Assembly (NCBI GenBank): GCA_003990765.1
Contig: RBNJ01000033.1
Coordinates: 1-49,121, forward strand
Length of the DNA: 49,121 nt
Direction: 5' to 3'
From: Jimgerdemannia flammicorona
Taxonomy: Eukaryota
Of the stretch, positions 48,401-49,121 are shown one piece after another (position 1 is the stretch's first letter; every line of letters starts with the position of its first letter). The notes under the pieces are model-generated. The model ran no database searches. It saw only the letters and a list, made by a program, of their open reading frames with translations, and had not been told where the DNA came from. A program made the translations under genes and the position numbers.

Positions 48401-49121
48401 GTTAATGCTTCTTTGCCATCAAGATCGTATATCTTCACGCCATCGCACGTTCCTGAGATTCGCTTATCCCCTCGTGCTAGCGTTCGACCCATCGAGAAGA
48501 GGTTCTTTCCTATCCCTGGAGCGTACAGTATGTCCATAAAGGTCGCGTAGGGTTCCTTAATGTTTCCATGCAAATACATGCTGACGTTGCCCTTCCCCTG
48601 AGTGTATATAACCTTATTATTGCCCAATCTGATATGCACGGGGTTGTCAAAGGGTTCGTACATAGAGAACCACTCGTGGTGTGAAGTCATATGCTGGGAT
48701 GCACCCGAATCTAGGAGCCAGATGTCCTCTTCGTCGCATGCAATGTTAGCGCTCGGTGTATACTCGTCTCTGGCGCTGGCGCATGTGCTGTTTACGTCAC
48801 CACCACTTTTCGCACCTTGAAAAGTATTCCGAATGTCGGGTTCCGTAGATGTCGAGCAAGCGCATTTGCAGGTAGAACTGGCGCTGGTGGATGTAGAACT
48901 AGATCTCGTAGATGTTGGGGTGGCTTGCGCATTTTTCACCGGTCCAAAAGGGTCCGAATCTACATCGGCGAAGAACAATCCTCCCTTATCGGCATTAGAA
49001 TCTGCGCTATTCGCTTGCTTGCCACTCTTTCCTTTCTTTCCACCCTTGTCCTTTTCCTTTTTCATGCATTCATTCGCACGGTGTCCATACTTGCCGCAAT
49101 AATAGCAGCTCCCGTCGAATT
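45440..49121 (-). pseudogene. Copia gag-pol in a single frame, broken by three premature stops
   Basis: Stops at 47455 (YRL*NP, TGG>TAG), 46954 (WK*AM) and 45730 (WL*KLL). The last two fit CGA>TGA. The 3' end is approximate. Confidence 0.9.

Larger units (their letters stand above)
44907..49121 (-). mobile_element. Ty1/Copia LTR retrotransposon (5' end outside the window) inserted into the Gypsy RT
   Basis: Zn knuckle CYYCGKYGHRANEC, protease WLLDSGASQHM, WHRRLGH..CDDC, integrase HSDVWGP/FIDD/SDNGKEY/QNGVAER, RT QMDVKTAFLNG/LYGIKQA/WVDD, RNase H DADWA/AEY/DNQS/TKHIDI. Domain order PR-IN-RT-RH. Confidence 0.96.

Overview
Intron-rich eukaryotic DNA, most consistent with an early-diverging fungus (Mucoromycota, Endogonales-like; inferred from gene content, intron style and the HRDLHSKN kinase family). 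A housekeeping block at 2.7-21.6 kb holds P5A ATPase SPF1, an SLC35C1-type GDP-fucose transporter, mitochondrial ketoacyl synthase CEM1/OXSM, RRP12 and BUD20. The rest is mostly a cytosine-depleted transposon mosaic: three copies of one LINE-like family (two with clear TSDs), a hAT MITE, a complete 6.47-kb hAT transposon, and a dUTPase-bearing Ty3/Gypsy relic interrupted by a Ty1/Copia element. Two loci stand out. (1) The hAT transposon (27639-34112, 8-bp TSD) carries a spliced cargo gene with TET/JBP-type Fe(II) dioxygenase motifs (HxD...HGT), a possible anti-silencing cargo. (2) A nine-exon gene of about 1400 aa on the minus strand (42003-37124) fuses a CHAT domain lacking its catalytic Cys, an NB-ARC-like STAND NTPase, a degenerate GTPase-like segment and a TKL-type kinase, i.e. 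an NLR-like protein with a kinase where the repeat sensor would normally sit. All gene models were assembled by eye and need HMM or RNA-seq confirmation.
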